A stretch of DNA of 64,000 nucleotides from Octopus vulgaris (Eukaryota). A model generated the notes under the pieces. The model made no database searches. It was not told the origin of the DNA and saw only the letters and a program-made list of their open reading frames with translations. Position 1 is the stretch's first letter. Every line of letters begins with the position of its first letter. The position numbers were made by a program, and so were the translations under genes. The stretch is taken from assembly GCA_951406725.2 (NCBI GenBank), contig OX597822.1:85932001-85996000 (forward strand), read 5' to 3'. This document shows positions 62,698 through 64,000 of this stretch, piece after piece.

Positions 62698-63640
62698 TGT
62701 AGGTGGAGAGCACAATACAAATCTCTTCCAGAACTCAGTTTCTCTGGTGAAGGTTAATCTTTTCAAGAACCTTATTATCAGAAAGTGGTATTAGGCTCTT
62801 GAAGTAAATCAGTAGTTACTCATGGTCCATTACTTCTACTAGCATTAATCAAGTGAACAACCAAGTGAAACTGAAGTTACATGCAAGACAGGAAGGGAAA
62901 ACATATTGATACGCAAAGTGCAGCCATACTAAACAGTCTTCATCATGTGACCACCAAGATGTGTCACATGACATTGTCATGCAAAATACATTCAACACTA
63001 CATTGATAAAACAATCACGTTACATCTCTTTTGCTCGCACATTTGCTTAATCTGATCAAAAGCTTTATCATTGGTATCAACAATAGTTTCATTTGGTGAC
63101 AGGATATCATTAGTTATCAACTGTTGCAAGCTAATCTTTAAATCACCTGGACTTGGTTTGGCTTCCACCTCCACTTTAGAATCTTGCTATTTATTTTTCT
63201 CATCACTCTCAGAACATTTTCTTATTTGAACATTGTGCACTAGAACTGCTCTGTCATATTTTATCATCAATGATATAGTTGTGCTTCTCTGTATTAGATA
63301 TTGAGCTCTCACGGCTAATGTACAGGGTTTAAGAACAAACCACAGAGGAGCATCAGTGCCAAAAATCATTATTAAAGTTACTTTTATCTGATGTCCCAAA
63401 TAATGCCCCAAAAGCTTTAACTCCCATTTTCACAGATTGTACCATCCTTTCAAATTGACCATTGGATGCTGAATGGTATGGTAGTGTCTTAAAATATTTG
63501 CATCTTATCTAATGTCACTTTCACATTGTCTCATGTCAGGGAACTAATGTATGTAGAACCCTAAAAAATAATTCTCAAAACACTGATCTTTGTTTTAGCA
63601 TTAAATCTGATGAGTTCTGGTCAATCATCAGGAAAATAAC
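62698..63640 (-). mobile_element. Degenerate Ty3/Gypsy LTR retrotransposon 3' part (integrase relic, PPT, 3' LTR)
   Basis: KTLPYHSASNGQFERMVQSVK (integrase PYHPxSNGxxER-like) at ~63428-63490; purine tract AAAAGAGA abutting TGTAAC at 63024; putative LTR 63024-62698 ending in TACA. Confidence 0.65.
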
Positions 63641-63748
63641 CATGTTCTCTATGTACACAGGATCATAACTGATTTTTGGTATGGGTTTAAACAGTCAGCA
63701 TTTAAGGCTACTCAAACATAAATTTCGGCATTGTCTCAAAATCCAGGT

Positions 63749-63990
63749 CACATTCCAGAAAAGATATCAATACATCCCAGAAAAGATATCAACACATTCC
63801 AGAAAGATATCAACACATTCCAGAAAAGATATCAACACATTGCAGAAAAGATATCAACACATTCCAGAAAAGATATCAACACATTGCAGAAAAGATATCA
63901 ACACATTTCAGAAAAGATATCAATACATTCCAGAAAAGATATCGACACATTCCAGAAATGATATCAATATATTTCAGAAAAGATATTAGC
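63749..63990. repeat. 22-bp tandem repeat (ACACATTCCAGAAAAGATATCA) x ~11
   Basis: Directly visible; it explains the repetitive ORFs 63681-63989 and 63731-63961. Confidence 0.95.
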
Positions 63991-64000
63991 ACATACCTTC

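Noticed and set aside
63749-63990. CRISPR-like array
   Set aside because: Contiguous repeats with no unique spacers, in a eukaryotic context with no cas genes.

Overview
AT-rich, microsatellite- and SINE-rich animal genomic DNA. The repeat families suggest an octopus or other cephalopod (inference). Almost the whole window is one minus-strand gene, the N-degron E3 ubiquitin ligase UBR3. I reconstructed it by hand as 37 coding exons (ATG at 61055, TGA at 3498-3500; 5394 nt, 1797 aa plus stop). All junctions are GT-AG and phase-consistent, and the protein has a UBR box, a RING-H2 finger and the UBR C-terminal domain. The introns hold tRNA-derived SINEs, RTE and R4/Dong LINE fragments, mariner/maT/hAT/piggyBac-like remnants and minisatellites; a Gypsy remnant lies upstream. 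The most unusual signal is a set of minimal hammerhead-ribozyme motifs. Two belong to copies of a small element combining a tRNA-like Pol III head, a hammerhead, a Penelope-style 5' inverted tail and 13-bp target-site duplications. A third, near-intact hammerhead sits in a ~290-nt retrozyme-like unit on the UBR3 sense strand. Exon coordinates were read base by base; most repeat boundaries are approximate.
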